IMG/VR virus record: IMGVR_UViG_3300020235_000035
Coordinates: 1 to 48,514 of that record
Source of the DNA: a virus
Lineage: Duplodnaviria > Caudoviricetes
Reading direction: 5' to 3' (one strand)
DNA: 48,514 nt
Part shown: in pieces, positions 35,601 to 45,743 of the stretch
Numbering within the stretch: position 1 is the stretch's first letter
Layout of the letters: every line of letters starts with the position of its first letter
Position numbers and translations under genes: made by a program
The notes under the pieces: model-generated
Database searches by the model: none
The model's input: only the letters and a program-made list of their open reading frames with translations
What the model was told of the DNA's origin: nothing

Positions 35601-36065
35601 ATGAAAGCAAAAGAATTTTTAGAATATAAAATAGATAATGATTACGGTGGAACGGAGTTGGGTGATACTCTTATGGATAATATAGCAGTAATTACCGAAC
35701 TTCTTGAATCCTACGCCTCCCTATCCACTCCTACACGACAGATAAGTGATGAAGAGATAGAAGAGGAAAGTGGGATTAAGGCGATTGATAACGGTAAGAA
35801 AGATAGTTTTGTTAATGATATGCAAATAGCAGAAGCGAAGTCTTTTATAAGAGGTGCTAAATGGGTGTTAGATCAACCCCTCCCCACTAAAAGAGAAGAG
35901 GAATGGATAAGCGTAAAGGATAGGTTGCCGAATATAAATAAAGTGATAGCTAAGAAGACGATGTATGAGTCTTATAAGTCGAGGTTCAACGGACAAGAAT
36001 TTATAGATGAAGAATCAGGGGACACTATAAAACCCACTCACTGGAAACCCCCAACAGATATATGA
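35601..36065 (+). CDS. Hypothetical protein with DUF551-like C-terminus
   Basis: WISVKDRLP...PTHW. Confidence 0.65.
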   Translation: MKAKEFLEYKIDNDYGGTELGDTLMDNIAVITELLESYASLSTPTRQISDEEIEEESGIKAIDNGKKDSFVNDMQIAEAKSFIRGAKWVLDQPLPTKREEEWISVKDRLPNINKVIAKKTMYESYKSRFNGQEFIDEESGDTIKPTHWKPPTDI

Positions 36066-36295
36066 AACATTACACGGTACAGACAGGATGGAGGGGTAAG
36101 GACTACAACATCCCTGAAGAAAAAGGCAATATTGATATAATCGCTATCAATCGAAAAGTAGCTGAGATGTGCGTTCTGGTAGCCTACATCGGATTGTCTG
36201 AGATTGTAAGCGAGATAAGTGCAAAAGGGGATAGGAACTTACCCAAGATACCTACCAATCTTTTGTGCGGAAGTAAATTATTAATAGCAAACTAA
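36062..36295 (+). CDS. Hypothetical protein
   Basis: 77 aa coupled ORF. Confidence 0.45.
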   Translation: MKHYTVQTGWRGKDYNIPEEKGNIDIIAINRKVAEMCVLVAYIGLSEIVSEISAKGDRNLPKIPTNLLCGSKLLIAN

Positions 36296-36503
36296 ACACG
36301 ATAAATGTGGTAATGTTGATTCAGGCAGAGCCTTGATGGATGCAAGAGCTGAATATAAAATAACAATGCTCGCAACGGAAACGGAAATATCTCTAAATGC
36401 AAAGAGAATAAGTGGTAAGATTAAATACCATTCCCAGCAGATCGAGGGATACATGATTGAACTTCAATTACTTTATTCATAAATACCGATAGGAAATAAC
36501 CCT

Positions 36504-36767
36504 ATGAAAAATCAGGAAGCAAAGGCACATTATAAGATAAACGCCAACAAGACTCAACTGTCAAGCATCGGGATTAACTATAACCTAACGGGATTAGTAG
36601 GATTGCTGAAGTCTAAATACCCGACAGGATGGTATGAACTAGAAGTAACCCATCAATCAAATGGCACAACATTTACTAATAATTTCGATATTCCTAAGAC
36701 CTTTTTAACGAAAATACTACAAACCATGACAGAATTGAAAGCAAAGGCAGAAGCCGAGAAGCCATGA
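36504..36767 (+). CDS. Hypothetical protein
   Basis: 87 aa ORF. Confidence 0.45.
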   Translation: MKNQEAKAHYKINANKTQLSSIGINYNLTGLVGLLKSKYPTGWYELEVTHQSNGTTFTNNFDIPKTFLTKILQTMTELKAKAEAEKP

Positions 36768-36947
36768 AAGTAAGATGTACTAAGAACCAACGGGCAATAT
36801 CATTTGAGATACCACCTCATGAGGAACCAATACCCTACGCTAAGAGCAAGCTAAGGGTAATGACGGGTAAGAAGATACTCCGTGGGTGGTCATTTGAAAC
36901 TGTTGTTTAGATAATTCGTATCTTGCGTTAAAGTAACATGGTTTAAC

Positions 36948-37331
36948 ATGGCTAAAAGAGGGGGTAAGAGAGAAGGTGCAGGAAGGAAGTTTGGATCAAA
37001 GCAAAGGGTTCACATAAAGGAGAGGGATATATATAACGACCTGATAGGATCGTTTAAGACGGGTAAGTACTACGTCTACTACCATATCAACAAAGAAACT
37101 AAAGAAGTATTTTATATAGGCAAAGGTTCAAACTATAGAGCGTGGGATAAGGAAAGAGGCGATTTATGGCAAGACTATGTGTCGAATGTCGGTGAGTATA
37201 ATATTAAAATTATCTGTGCAAACATGTCAGAACTCGAAGCTTTCGCTATAGAATCAGTACTTATAAAGCATCATAATCCCTCATGTAATATAAAGAGCAA
37301 CCCAACTATTTTTGTTCCTAATGCCATTTAA
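36948..37331 (+). CDS. GIY-YIG nuclease
   Basis: YYVYYH...VFYIGKG...RA, EAF.IE..LI....P.CN. Confidence 0.8.
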   Translation: MAKRGGKREGAGRKFGSKQRVHIKERDIYNDLIGSFKTGKYYVYYHINKETKEVFYIGKGSNYRAWDKERGDLWQDYVSNVGEYNIKIICANMSELEAFAIESVLIKHHNPSCNIKSNPTIFVPNAI

Positions 37332-37599
37332 GAAAGGAAATAATGAAGGTAAAGGAAGGCCAAAAGGTTCTGAGAATAAAGTAACCAAACAATTTAAGGA
37401 CTTACTTGCTGAAACCTATCAGGCACTTGAAGAAAAAAAAGGGCATGGATTGCAGGTTTGGGCAGAGAAGCACCCTACTGATTTCTATCGGATATGCGCC
37501 AAGTTAGTACCCCAACAAATAACTGGAGAGGGCGGTGGCCCGATAGAAGTAACGCAGACATATTTCCTTCCTGATGGAACAGAAATTAGCTTCCCCTGA
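37321..37599 (+). CDS. Putative terminase small subunit
   Basis: MPFKKG...GRPKGS.NK.T, ITGEGGGPI; directly upstream of TerL. Confidence 0.7.
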   Translation: MPFKKGNNEGKGRPKGSENKVTKQFKDLLAETYQALEEKKGHGLQVWAEKHPTDFYRICAKLVPQQITGEGGGPIEVTQTYFLPDGTEISFP

Positions 37600-38992
37600 T
37601 AAAGAAGTATTAGTCCGATTAGACAACTTTCCAAAGGCAGCGCAATTCGTAAACGCTGTTTTAAGCCAGAAATACCGTGTTGTATGCTATGGTGGTGCAA
37701 TCCGTGGGGGAAAGAGTTTTAACGCAATAGCGGCTCTTATACTGCTCCACAAGCTATATCCTGGCTCAAGATCAATGATAGTCCGAGAGAATCTTGATGT
37801 TCTACGTAAAAACATGCTCCCGACTTGTGATAAGGCTATTCCTTCTAATTTTGTCCGACATTACAAAGGCGATCCTCAGTTTGAATGGACATTTACTAAC
37901 GGGTCAAAGATGTTCTTCTTCTCTGAAGGATATGAGAAAGATAAAGAATACCTCAGATGGAACGGCTTGGAGGTGAATTTTATCCTTTTGGAACAAGTAG
38001 AGGAGCTTCAGTTAAAAGCCCTTGAAAAGTCACTAGAGAGGGTAGGAAGCTACATAATTCCCAACGCAAAGCAGCCTCAACCCCAGATATTAATGACTAT
38101 TAATCCCACTAAGACCTGGGCCAAAGAGTTGATCTATGATAAGTGGCTGGATGGCACTTTACCGAAGAAATGGTTGTATATCCCTGCCTTAATAAGCGAT
38201 AACCCCAATATACCTCAGAGTTTTAAAGATAGCCTTCAAGAGCTAAAACGCATCAATCCGGTTAAGTACCAGAGGTATGTAGAGGGGGATTGGGAGGTAC
38301 AAGATGTAATAGAGGGGGCATTTTGGAAGTCATTTAGCTACGAACTCCATGTTAAAGACTTAAAGATTGATCTGGACTTACCTATTCATATAAGTTTTGA
38401 TGAGAACGTAAATCCTTATCCGGCACTGAGTATCTGGCAGATAGACGGTAAAGAGGCGCGACAGCTTCATGAGATATGCTTACGCCATCCTGAGAACAAA
38501 CTGATTAAGGTCGCTAAAGAGTTCGTAAGATGGGTGCGTTCCCAGAGTTGGAATAATCTGGTTTACATCTACGGAGATGCTACCTCACAAAAGGAAGACG
38601 CTAAACTACAGGCCGGATATAACTACTTCACTATGCTCAGGAATGAAATTGAGCCTCACTTCAGATGTCAGATCAGGAAGCCTTCTCGTAATCCTCCGGT
38701 GGCTATGAGTGCGGATTTTATCAATTCTATTCTGGAAATTAATTACGATGATATTAAGATTACTATTGATGAGGGATGTACTGAGAGTATTAAGGATTAT
38801 ACTACTGTTCAGGAGGCGGCAGATGGTACTATGATCAAGAAAAAGACCAACGGAGTAGAGTTGCTAGGTCATTGTAGCGACAACTTCAGATATTTGATCG
38901 CTGAGGTTTTCAAAGAGTCTTTCCGCAAGTATCAACGGGGTACATCTGTTACTGACTATTCCATAGCCCCCACTAGGCGAAGAAGTTACTGA
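37574..38992 (+). CDS. terL: Terminase large subunit
   Basis: Walker A GGAIRGGKS, MTINP, DNP, G.W, SFD.N nuclease, H.SD..RY. Confidence 0.9.
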   Translation: MEQKLASPDKEVLVRLDNFPKAAQFVNAVLSQKYRVVCYGGAIRGGKSFNAIAALILLHKLYPGSRSMIVRENLDVLRKNMLPTCDKAIPSNFVRHYKGDPQFEWTFTNGSKMFFFSEGYEKDKEYLRWNGLEVNFILLEQVEELQLKALEKSLERVGSYIIPNAKQPQPQILMTINPTKTWAKELIYDKWLDGTLPKKWLYIPALISDNPNIPQSFKDSLQELKRINPVKYQRYVEGDWEVQDVIEGAFWKSFSYELHVKDLKIDLDLPIHISFDENVNPYPALSIWQIDGKEARQLHEICLRHPENKLIKVAKEFVRWVRSQSWNNLVYIYGDATSQKEDAKLQAGYNYFTMLRNEIEPHFRCQIRKPSRNPPVAMSADFINSILEINYDDIKITIDEGCTESIKDYTTVQEAADGTMIKKKTNGVELLGHCSDNFRYLIAEVFKESFRKYQRGTSVTDYSIAPTRRRSY

Positions 38993-38997
38993 AAAGA

Positions 38998-39028
38998 CTT
39001 GGATTCTATTTATTTGTTTTTAACTTTG
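38998..39028 (+). promoter_or_regulatory. Promoter for the small-ORF block after terL
   Basis: CTTG (38998-39001), 19-nt spacer, TAACTTTG (39021-39028). Confidence 0.55.
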
Positions 39029-39071
39029 TCCTATATAAGTATGCTCGGCCATAGGGGGTTTGGGTTAAGTT

Positions 39072-39338
39072 ATGAAAGCAAAAAGATACATGCTATTTTC
39101 AGGGGATAACTACTACCCTCAGGGTGGTTGGGATGACCATGATGGGAGTTTTGATACAATTAACGAAGCAAGAGAGTTAATAAAGATAGAACCACGTAGG
39201 CGCTCTGATGGAGTATTGTATTTGATTTATATTATTGATGAACGAGCTTTTGATTGGTATCAATTAATTGATTTGAATACTGGGAAAGAAATAAATCTAT
39301 TTCCTAATTCTATAGAATCATACATTGAATTTAACTAA
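39072..39338 (+). CDS. Conserved phage hypothetical protein
   Basis: LF.GD.YYP.GGW.D...SFD. Confidence 0.7.
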   Translation: MKAKRYMLFSGDNYYPQGGWDDHDGSFDTINEARELIKIEPRRRSDGVLYLIYIIDERAFDWYQLIDLNTGKEINLFPNSIESYIEFN

Positions 39339-39529
39339 TGGACTTCACAATACTAAGGATACACCGTAAGGCAAAGGGATTAAATCTAAAGGATATTGCG
39401 CCAGGATTGGGTATAAGTAGCGGCTACCTATCAATGATTGAGCGAAACCTTAAAACGCCTAACTCTAAATTGCTCGAAGATATTTGCGAGAAAGTGGACT
39501 GTGAATTGAGAATAATACCTAAAACATGA
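39338..39529 (+). CDS. XRE-family HTH protein
   Basis: RKAKGLNLKDIA..LGISSGYLSMIERN.KTP. Confidence 0.85.
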   Translation: MDFTILRIHRKAKGLNLKDIAPGLGISSGYLSMIERNLKTPNSKLLEDICEKVDCELRIIPKT

Positions 39530-39674
39530 AAAGAAGAAGATTCCCCTATAATATATTAGTACCCATAACTCCTGAGATATTAGAGCAAAGAATTAAGGAC
39601 GGCTGGAAGCCCACCAAACAACAGATAATAAACCACAAGCTACTTAACGATAAATTAGTAGCAATACCAAAGAC

Positions 39675-39875
39675 ATGATAAAATGGGAATATATAACAAG
39701 GTCGGCAGGTAACCCTGAGATGCTACATAACATACACCATGATTTAAATGAATTAGGCCAAGATGGTTGGGAACTGATTAATGTATGTGCAGTAAGCAGC
39801 AGAGTTACGGTGGCTTATTTTAAACGACCAATGGTGAAAGAGCCTGAGAATAAAGACGAACGAAGAGCATATTAA
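39675..39875 (+). CDS. DUF4177-like protein
   Basis: KWEY, LNELGQDGWEL, YFKRP. Confidence 0.75.
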   Translation: MIKWEYITRSAGNPEMLHNIHHDLNELGQDGWELINVCAVSSRVTVAYFKRPMVKEPENKDERRAY

Positions 39876-39913
39876 TGAGCTACTACGGTCATGCCTGTAA
39901 CTTATTGTAACTG

Positions 39914-41479
39914 ATGGATGTAATAAAATATGATTTAAGGGGTGCATATGAGGCGGGGTTTACTTCTCATCCACAAAAGGTAACTACTGAATTAGGAATG
40001 AATATTCTAAAATTCCAGGGTGAGCCTATGGGTGATTGCGTATTTATGGAAGTAGATAATATTCCTAAAGAGTTACCTGATTTTATCACTACTTCGGACT
40101 ATAAATTTCCTTTTTAATAACTGATGATTGATTTAGATGAATACATACCGTTGGATCGAAAGGACTTATCTATTGAATATACTTGGGGTGATCTATTTAC
40201 ATCATGGACATACAAAGGTACGCCTGTTGTGTTCACTTATTCTGATAACTGATTATGGAGATTCTATTTGACTTTTTAACTAGCGTTATATATGGATTAG
40301 GTATAGCTACTTTGATATGGTATTTCATCATACGCCCAATATTGAATTTGCCCTATAAACAATGGGATCGCAAGATGAAGAACCCGCCACCGCCACCAAA
40401 GAAGGATGCCTATATGGGAGCTTATGAGATTAGAGACGGCAAATTTTATAGAGTAAAAAACCCTCCAAAAGAAACCGGAACATGAAATACAGAATAAGAA
40501 AATCCCCACAAATAGATCAAGAGCCATTGTTTTTTATTCAAGCATGGGGGCATAAGGTAAATGAAAGCATCTGGTCTAATAAAAATATAGAGTGTTGGTG
40601 CTCCGTAACCGATAGAGGATATCCAATTCATCAAGGCTATGGCTCCTCGTTATATGAGGATTATCTAGGCTCATTTAAATCGCTTGAGGACGCAAAAGAA
40701 TACTTAAATAAGATTATTGAGTATCACAAAACAGAAATTAAAACAGTATTTGAAATTGAATCATGAAAAATACAATCCATCATTAATAAATAAGCTTATG
40801 GCTACAATTTCAGAACTATTTAGGGATAGTGTAATACATAAGAGGTTTGGTGAAACCCATAACATTAAAAGAGTTAAGATGGGTGAAGTTGATTTATCTA
40901 AACTAGGTGAAAATGATACTTATTTACGAGGCGATGGAATGACTTATCTATTTATATTAACTGAAAAACAATAACAATTATGGGTAAACCACTAACGGCA
41001 AAAGAATTTGATAGGGAGTTTTGGCAAGATAACGATCCAATAACAACGCCATTATGGAAATGTATGCAAGCGTATTCAGACTATAGTGACTCCTTCTCAC
41101 CTAAAGAAATAACACATCAGGATGTTCATGATGAATGGATAAGATTGGGGGTTCAAAAATTAAAAGACTCACATACTGAATTAATGGGAGCGTTAAAGAT
41201 TGCTATTAATCAACTTGAAGAAGATGGAGAAGTTACGATAGCCACAGAGCGACAAATGAGAGATGCATTAACTAATGCTGAAAATATATGAACCGACCAA
41301 TAGTACCAGATTTTGCAAGAGCCGAATTAAGAGGTAATCCAGAGAGCGAATACGCAAAAAGAATTAGTAAACAGATTGAATCATGGAGAGTTCTGAGGGA
41401 TGGTCAGAGGGCTATAGATGATTTAATGATGCCTATAATTAAATGGCTTGATAAACAATTAAAGAGGTTTTCAAGATGA
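39914..41479 (+). other. Run of short co-oriented hypothetical ORFs (39914-40117, 40255-40485, 40482-40766, ~40798-40974, 40980-41291, 41288-41479)
   Basis: Tightly packed or overlapping starts and stops with A-rich initiation regions; no motifs recognised. Confidence 0.5.
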
Positions 41480-41796
41480 AAGTAAGGGAGCTTATAGAGG
41501 AACTAAAAGAACAAGACCCGAACGCGGAAGTAGGTACTGCCGATAAGTATGGATGCCTAGAAGATATTTGCGGAGTATCTACAAATACAGATATTATGGA
41601 CGGTAATAATCAAATTTATAATTGGGTACTAATACGATGACTAATAACCTCCTTTTCTGTGAACACTGTAGAAGCTACACCAAGCACACGTTTGTAGTAA
41701 ATGTAGGAGTGTGTCAAGTTTGCATAAAGACGAATAAAAAACCAGAGCCTCGGTTTTACATATCTAAATTATTTGTAGTTTTGAAGAAATTTAGTT

Positions 41797-42906
41797 ATGG
41801 GATTCTTACGTCTTCGGGATTATTTTACAGAAATCAGGGAACAAGACCTTGATATAATTCTCAAGCAATTATCTCAAACCACCTCCTTTACCCCCGATAA
41901 AGTTCGTCAAGAAAACGAGCTAAACACTCAGGAAATAGTAGAAGTCATGATACGCCATCGTTATGATGTGCGTAAGATTTTCAAAGACATTATCCCCTTT
42001 ACCCTAGCTGAAACGTTCCAGATAAACGACCTAACAGAGTACTCAGAACCCGCCTACGACGACTCAATAACCTACTCGACAGGAGACAGGCGCAGCTTCT
42101 CTCAAACAGTAAACGGAGTTCTTTTAGATGATATATTCGCAGCCAATACCAATATAGGAACACCAGAGCCATTCGATCCAACTAAGTGGGATAAGGTAAC
42201 TGAGAACTTTTCTCTTTACTTTGCCCTCCAACCCACCACGGGAAACCTGCCTGATACCGCTTTTAGTTTCTCTACCAATAACTTCACAGGCAATCATGAA
42301 CTAATCGAAGGATGGGATAAGACCAGGACTATATTCTTAAAACGAGTAGAATCGACTATTAAGATTTACTACTCATCAGCAGAGAGAGACAACGACACCA
42401 ACTCAATAGGTATTGCTAGTTTCAACCCTGCGGATTTAATGGACGACTTTGATCACCACCACAACCGTCATCTTACAAGACAAAACCACCTTAACGGACA
42501 CCGAGGCCGGATATTTGACCCCGCTATAAAGACATTCCCTACCAATATACCGATACTGTTTGGAACTGATGCGGAGAACTCTTTAAGTGGAGATTTGAGC
42601 ATTATAGGATTCATACCTAAGGATACTACGTGGGATGTAGTGCCTTCTAACTTCTTCACCAAAGGGGATAACCGAAGCAGGTTAATAAAGAAGATTCTAA
42701 TCAATCTTGCAATATTCGAGCTTCATAAGTTGATTAGCCCTAAGAACATTCCTGATTTTAGATTAGAGGCCAAAGACGATGCAATGAGATTGTTAGGCAA
42801 GATTGAAAGCGGCAAAGTAACCGCAGACCTGCCTATATTCTTTGATGAGGAAAAGGGGCAAAGCATAACCTTTGATAGTAACCCTAAGTTAAGACACCAG
42901 TATTAA
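41797..42906 (+). CDS. Head-tail connector-like protein (Mu gp36/DUF1320-like) with a large insertion
   Basis: N-term FL...DY...I...L, RYDV.KIF; C-term R..LI......AIFELH...P.NIP..R...DA...L..I..G; ~230-aa insert between. Confidence 0.7.
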   Translation: MGFLRLRDYFTEIREQDLDIILKQLSQTTSFTPDKVRQENELNTQEIVEVMIRHRYDVRKIFKDIIPFTLAETFQINDLTEYSEPAYDDSITYSTGDRRSFSQTVNGVLLDDIFAANTNIGTPEPFDPTKWDKVTENFSLYFALQPTTGNLPDTAFSFSTNNFTGNHELIEGWDKTRTIFLKRVESTIKIYYSSAERDNDTNSIGIASFNPADLMDDFDHHHNRHLTRQNHLNGHRGRIFDPAIKTFPTNIPILFGTDAENSLSGDLSIIGFIPKDTTWDVVPSNFFTKGDNRSRLIKKILINLAIFELHKLISPKNIPDFRLEAKDDAMRLLGKIESGKVTADLPIFFDEEKGQSITFDSNPKLRHQY

Positions 42907-42918
42907 ACAATTCACATA

Positions 42919-43128
42919 ATGGGAAACAAACAGATACAAACTGAATTTTACATGAGACGAGGAAACGTAGCGTATTTCCGAAATGAATATGGGAAACATA
43001 CTATGCACCAATGTACCCCCGAATACATTTCTCGTTTTGTATATGGAGACAAATACGACTTTAAAATCATGGCATTAGTTCGAGATAATGGGGATGGAAC
43101 TTACAGCAATATAATATCTCTTGATTAA
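42919..43128 (+). CDS. Hypothetical protein
   Basis: 69 aa ORF. Confidence 0.45.
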   Translation: MGNKQIQTEFYMRRGNVAYFRNEYGKHTMHQCTPEYISRFVYGDKYDFKIMALVRDNGDGTYSNIISLD

Positions 43129-43425
43129 TGAAAGATACTTTTACTATCGACAAAGATTTGCTTAAACTAAATTTCAAGATTAGTATTTTAGAAATGCAAA
43201 TAGGGATACATAAGTCAACCCGATCAGTACGTAAATTCTTGGATGCTGCCATAGAAAGTAAAGACTGATTAATGAATTGGGTAAACGTAAAAACAAAAGC
43301 ACTAACTCTTCTTAAATGGAGCGCAATGGGTGTTATGGTTGTCCTTTCTAGTTGGATATGGCTACCCGTTATTACATGGAAGCTAGGCTTAATCCTGAGC
43401 GATAATATCATTAAATACTTTGTAA

Positions 43426-44694
43426 ATGATTGATGATATAAACGGAAGGCTCAACGTCAACGTCCAGAACATTGACAAAAAGCAACCTAGACGCACCCAG
43501 ATATCTAGTAAGATCATACTTCGCCAGCAAATTCGTCAACGCGAAGATGTAGGAGATTGGAGACAAGCCCTGTTAATAGCGGAGAGTGCAGACCACCCCG
43601 ACCGAACCGAACTTATCAAGATATTCAAAGATGTAGACTTAGACGGACATATAACAGGAATTGTAAGCTCTATCAAGAATAAGATCAAGTCTAAGCCCTT
43701 TATGATTGTCAACGCTCAAGGAGAGATTGACGAAGATAAAACAGCACTCTTTGAAAAGGAATGGTTCTTTAAGTTCATTGACTTTATAGTGGAAGCTCCT
43801 TTCTGGGGGTTTACCTTGGTTCAGTTAGGAGATATAAAAGACGATGGATTCCCTGATATTCAGATGATACCCAGGGAATACGTAGTACCAGAACGTGAGT
43901 TGGTTAAGAAGGATTTGTTTGAAGGCCGGAATAGGAATGGAGAAAACGCCTTCTTTTACAATGAGTTGCCTTTAAGAGATTGGTTTATATTCATTGGAGA
44001 AAAGAAGGATATGGGACTATTCAACAAAGCTACCCCTCATGCCCTGAGTAAAAAGAATATGTTTACCGAAATGTGGGAATACGCAGAACTCTTTGGTATG
44101 CCTATTAGAAAAGGACATACAGACTTAAACGATCCTGAGCGTAGAAAGAACATGGAAGATATGGTACGGCAGATGGGTAGTGCGCCCTGGGCCGTACTTG
44201 ACAAAGACGATGTAATAGATTTCGTAGAAAGACAAAGCACCGATCCTTCCAATGTGTTTATCCAACCCATTAAACTGAGCAATGAAGAGATTTCTAAAGC
44301 GTTTGCAGGACAAGTAGCTACGTTTGATGAAAAGAGTTTTGTAGGTAGTGCAGAAGTTCAGGAGAGGATGTTCAATGAGTTCATTATTACGTTTATGCGT
44401 AATACACGGTTTATCATAAACAACCAACTCATTCCCAGAATGGTTTTCCATAGAATGATACCTTTTGGGTTTAAATTCAAGTGGAAGGCAGAGGAAATAT
44501 TATCAATTATTGAACGATCTAAGATAATCACTGACCTGACAAAGGTAGGTTATGGATTTGATCCCGAAACGGTTACTGAAGAAGTAGGGATTAAGGTAGA
44601 AGATTTCGCTGCACCACCCCCAACAGGAAGCCCCCCAGTTGCATTAAGTACAGTTATGAATGAGGTAAACACTTTGTATCGTAAATTCCTATGA
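43426..44694 (+). CDS. Portal protein (Mu gp29/DUF935-like)
   Basis: LDGHI, WGF.LV, W.EYAELFGMPIR, N.EISKA..GQ, S.AEVQ, N.QLIP. Confidence 0.88.
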   Translation: MIDDINGRLNVNVQNIDKKQPRRTQISSKIILRQQIRQREDVGDWRQALLIAESADHPDRTELIKIFKDVDLDGHITGIVSSIKNKIKSKPFMIVNAQGEIDEDKTALFEKEWFFKFIDFIVEAPFWGFTLVQLGDIKDDGFPDIQMIPREYVVPERELVKKDLFEGRNRNGENAFFYNELPLRDWFIFIGEKKDMGLFNKATPHALSKKNMFTEMWEYAELFGMPIRKGHTDLNDPERRKNMEDMVRQMGSAPWAVLDKDDVIDFVERQSTDPSNVFIQPIKLSNEEISKAFAGQVATFDEKSFVGSAEVQERMFNEFIITFMRNTRFIINNQLIPRMVFHRMIPFGFKFKWKAEEILSIIERSKIITDLTKVGYGFDPETVTEEVGIKVEDFAAPPPTGSPPVALSTVMNEVNTLYRKFL

Positions 44695-45743
44695 GCCGTA
44701 GTATCCAAACCATTTTCGATGAAATAATAGTTGAAAAGGAAACTTTCAGCAGTTTAGATGGATTAGAACCTCCTGTTATTCCCGACCCCTCTCAAGACCT
44801 ACTTACAGAACTTACCTCTACATCTAAGGTTAGTATATGGCAATTAAAATTCTGGGTTCAGGCAGTAGCTATATTTATTCACGAAGGTTTGTTTGATGTG
44901 TTCAAGGCAGACGTAGAGACAAGAGCCTTAGAGATCATTCCTGCTACTATTAGATTTTATGTTATCGAGGCGTTGAAGTTTCAACTAGGCGACGAGTTAG
45001 TGTTTGAAGATGGAACATTTAAGTTTGAAGATTCTACCTCAGTCGCAGCTTTAGCCAAACAGATCGTAACCCAAGCCTCCGCAAGAGATATTAACGAAGT
45101 GGTAACCTTAAAGATAGCCAAAGGAGTAGTCCCAGGTCTTGAGAAACTATCTTCTATTGAAAAAACAGCTTTTGAGGCTTATCTGAATAAGATTAAGATT
45201 GCAGGAACAAAGACTATTGTAATATCTGATGATCCTGACTTGTTAAAAATAGCCTATACCATACAGTTTGATCCGTTGGTAATGAAAGCCGATGGAACAT
45301 TAATCGAGGACGGCACAAGCCCCGTACAGGAAGCTATAGACGCATATATTGAAGGATTACCCTTTGATTCTACTTTCAGGGTACAGGACTTAACAGATGC
45401 CATACAATTAGCCAGAGGCGTGGTTAATTCAGTAGCAGATGTTGTAGCGGCTAAGTTTGCATTACTTGATTTCGAAGACATACTAGCTGTGCCAACTGAG
45501 ACTTACTTACCCAATGCAGGATATTTAGTTACCGTAGACGAGACGGGATCGCCAGGATCAATAAATGTATTAGCTATTACTGAAAATATAATTCCTTATG
45601 ATGGATCATTACCCTATTCTATTGGGGATTTTAGGCTTTTTGAAGGAGTGGCATTTAAGGCAATCGTGAACATACCTATTCCAGAAGCTTTTGATCCTAC
45701 CAAATGGGAAACAGTTTCTAATTTGACTTTTATTTCTACCTGA
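44691..45743 (+). CDS. Baseplate J-like wedge protein with C-terminal CBM5/12-like module
   Basis: R.I..I..EI, STSKVSIW, AL.FQ.GD, LKIAK, Y.NKIK.AGT, YI..LPF. Confidence 0.75.
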   Translation: MSRSIQTIFDEIIVEKETFSSLDGLEPPVIPDPSQDLLTELTSTSKVSIWQLKFWVQAVAIFIHEGLFDVFKADVETRALEIIPATIRFYVIEALKFQLGDELVFEDGTFKFEDSTSVAALAKQIVTQASARDINEVVTLKIAKGVVPGLEKLSSIEKTAFEAYLNKIKIAGTKTIVISDDPDLLKIAYTIQFDPLVMKADGTLIEDGTSPVQEAIDAYIEGLPFDSTFRVQDLTDAIQLARGVVNSVADVVAAKFALLDFEDILAVPTETYLPNAGYLVTVDETGSPGSINVLAITENIIPYDGSLPYSIGDFRLFEGVAFKAIVNIPIPEAFDPTKWETVSNLTFIST

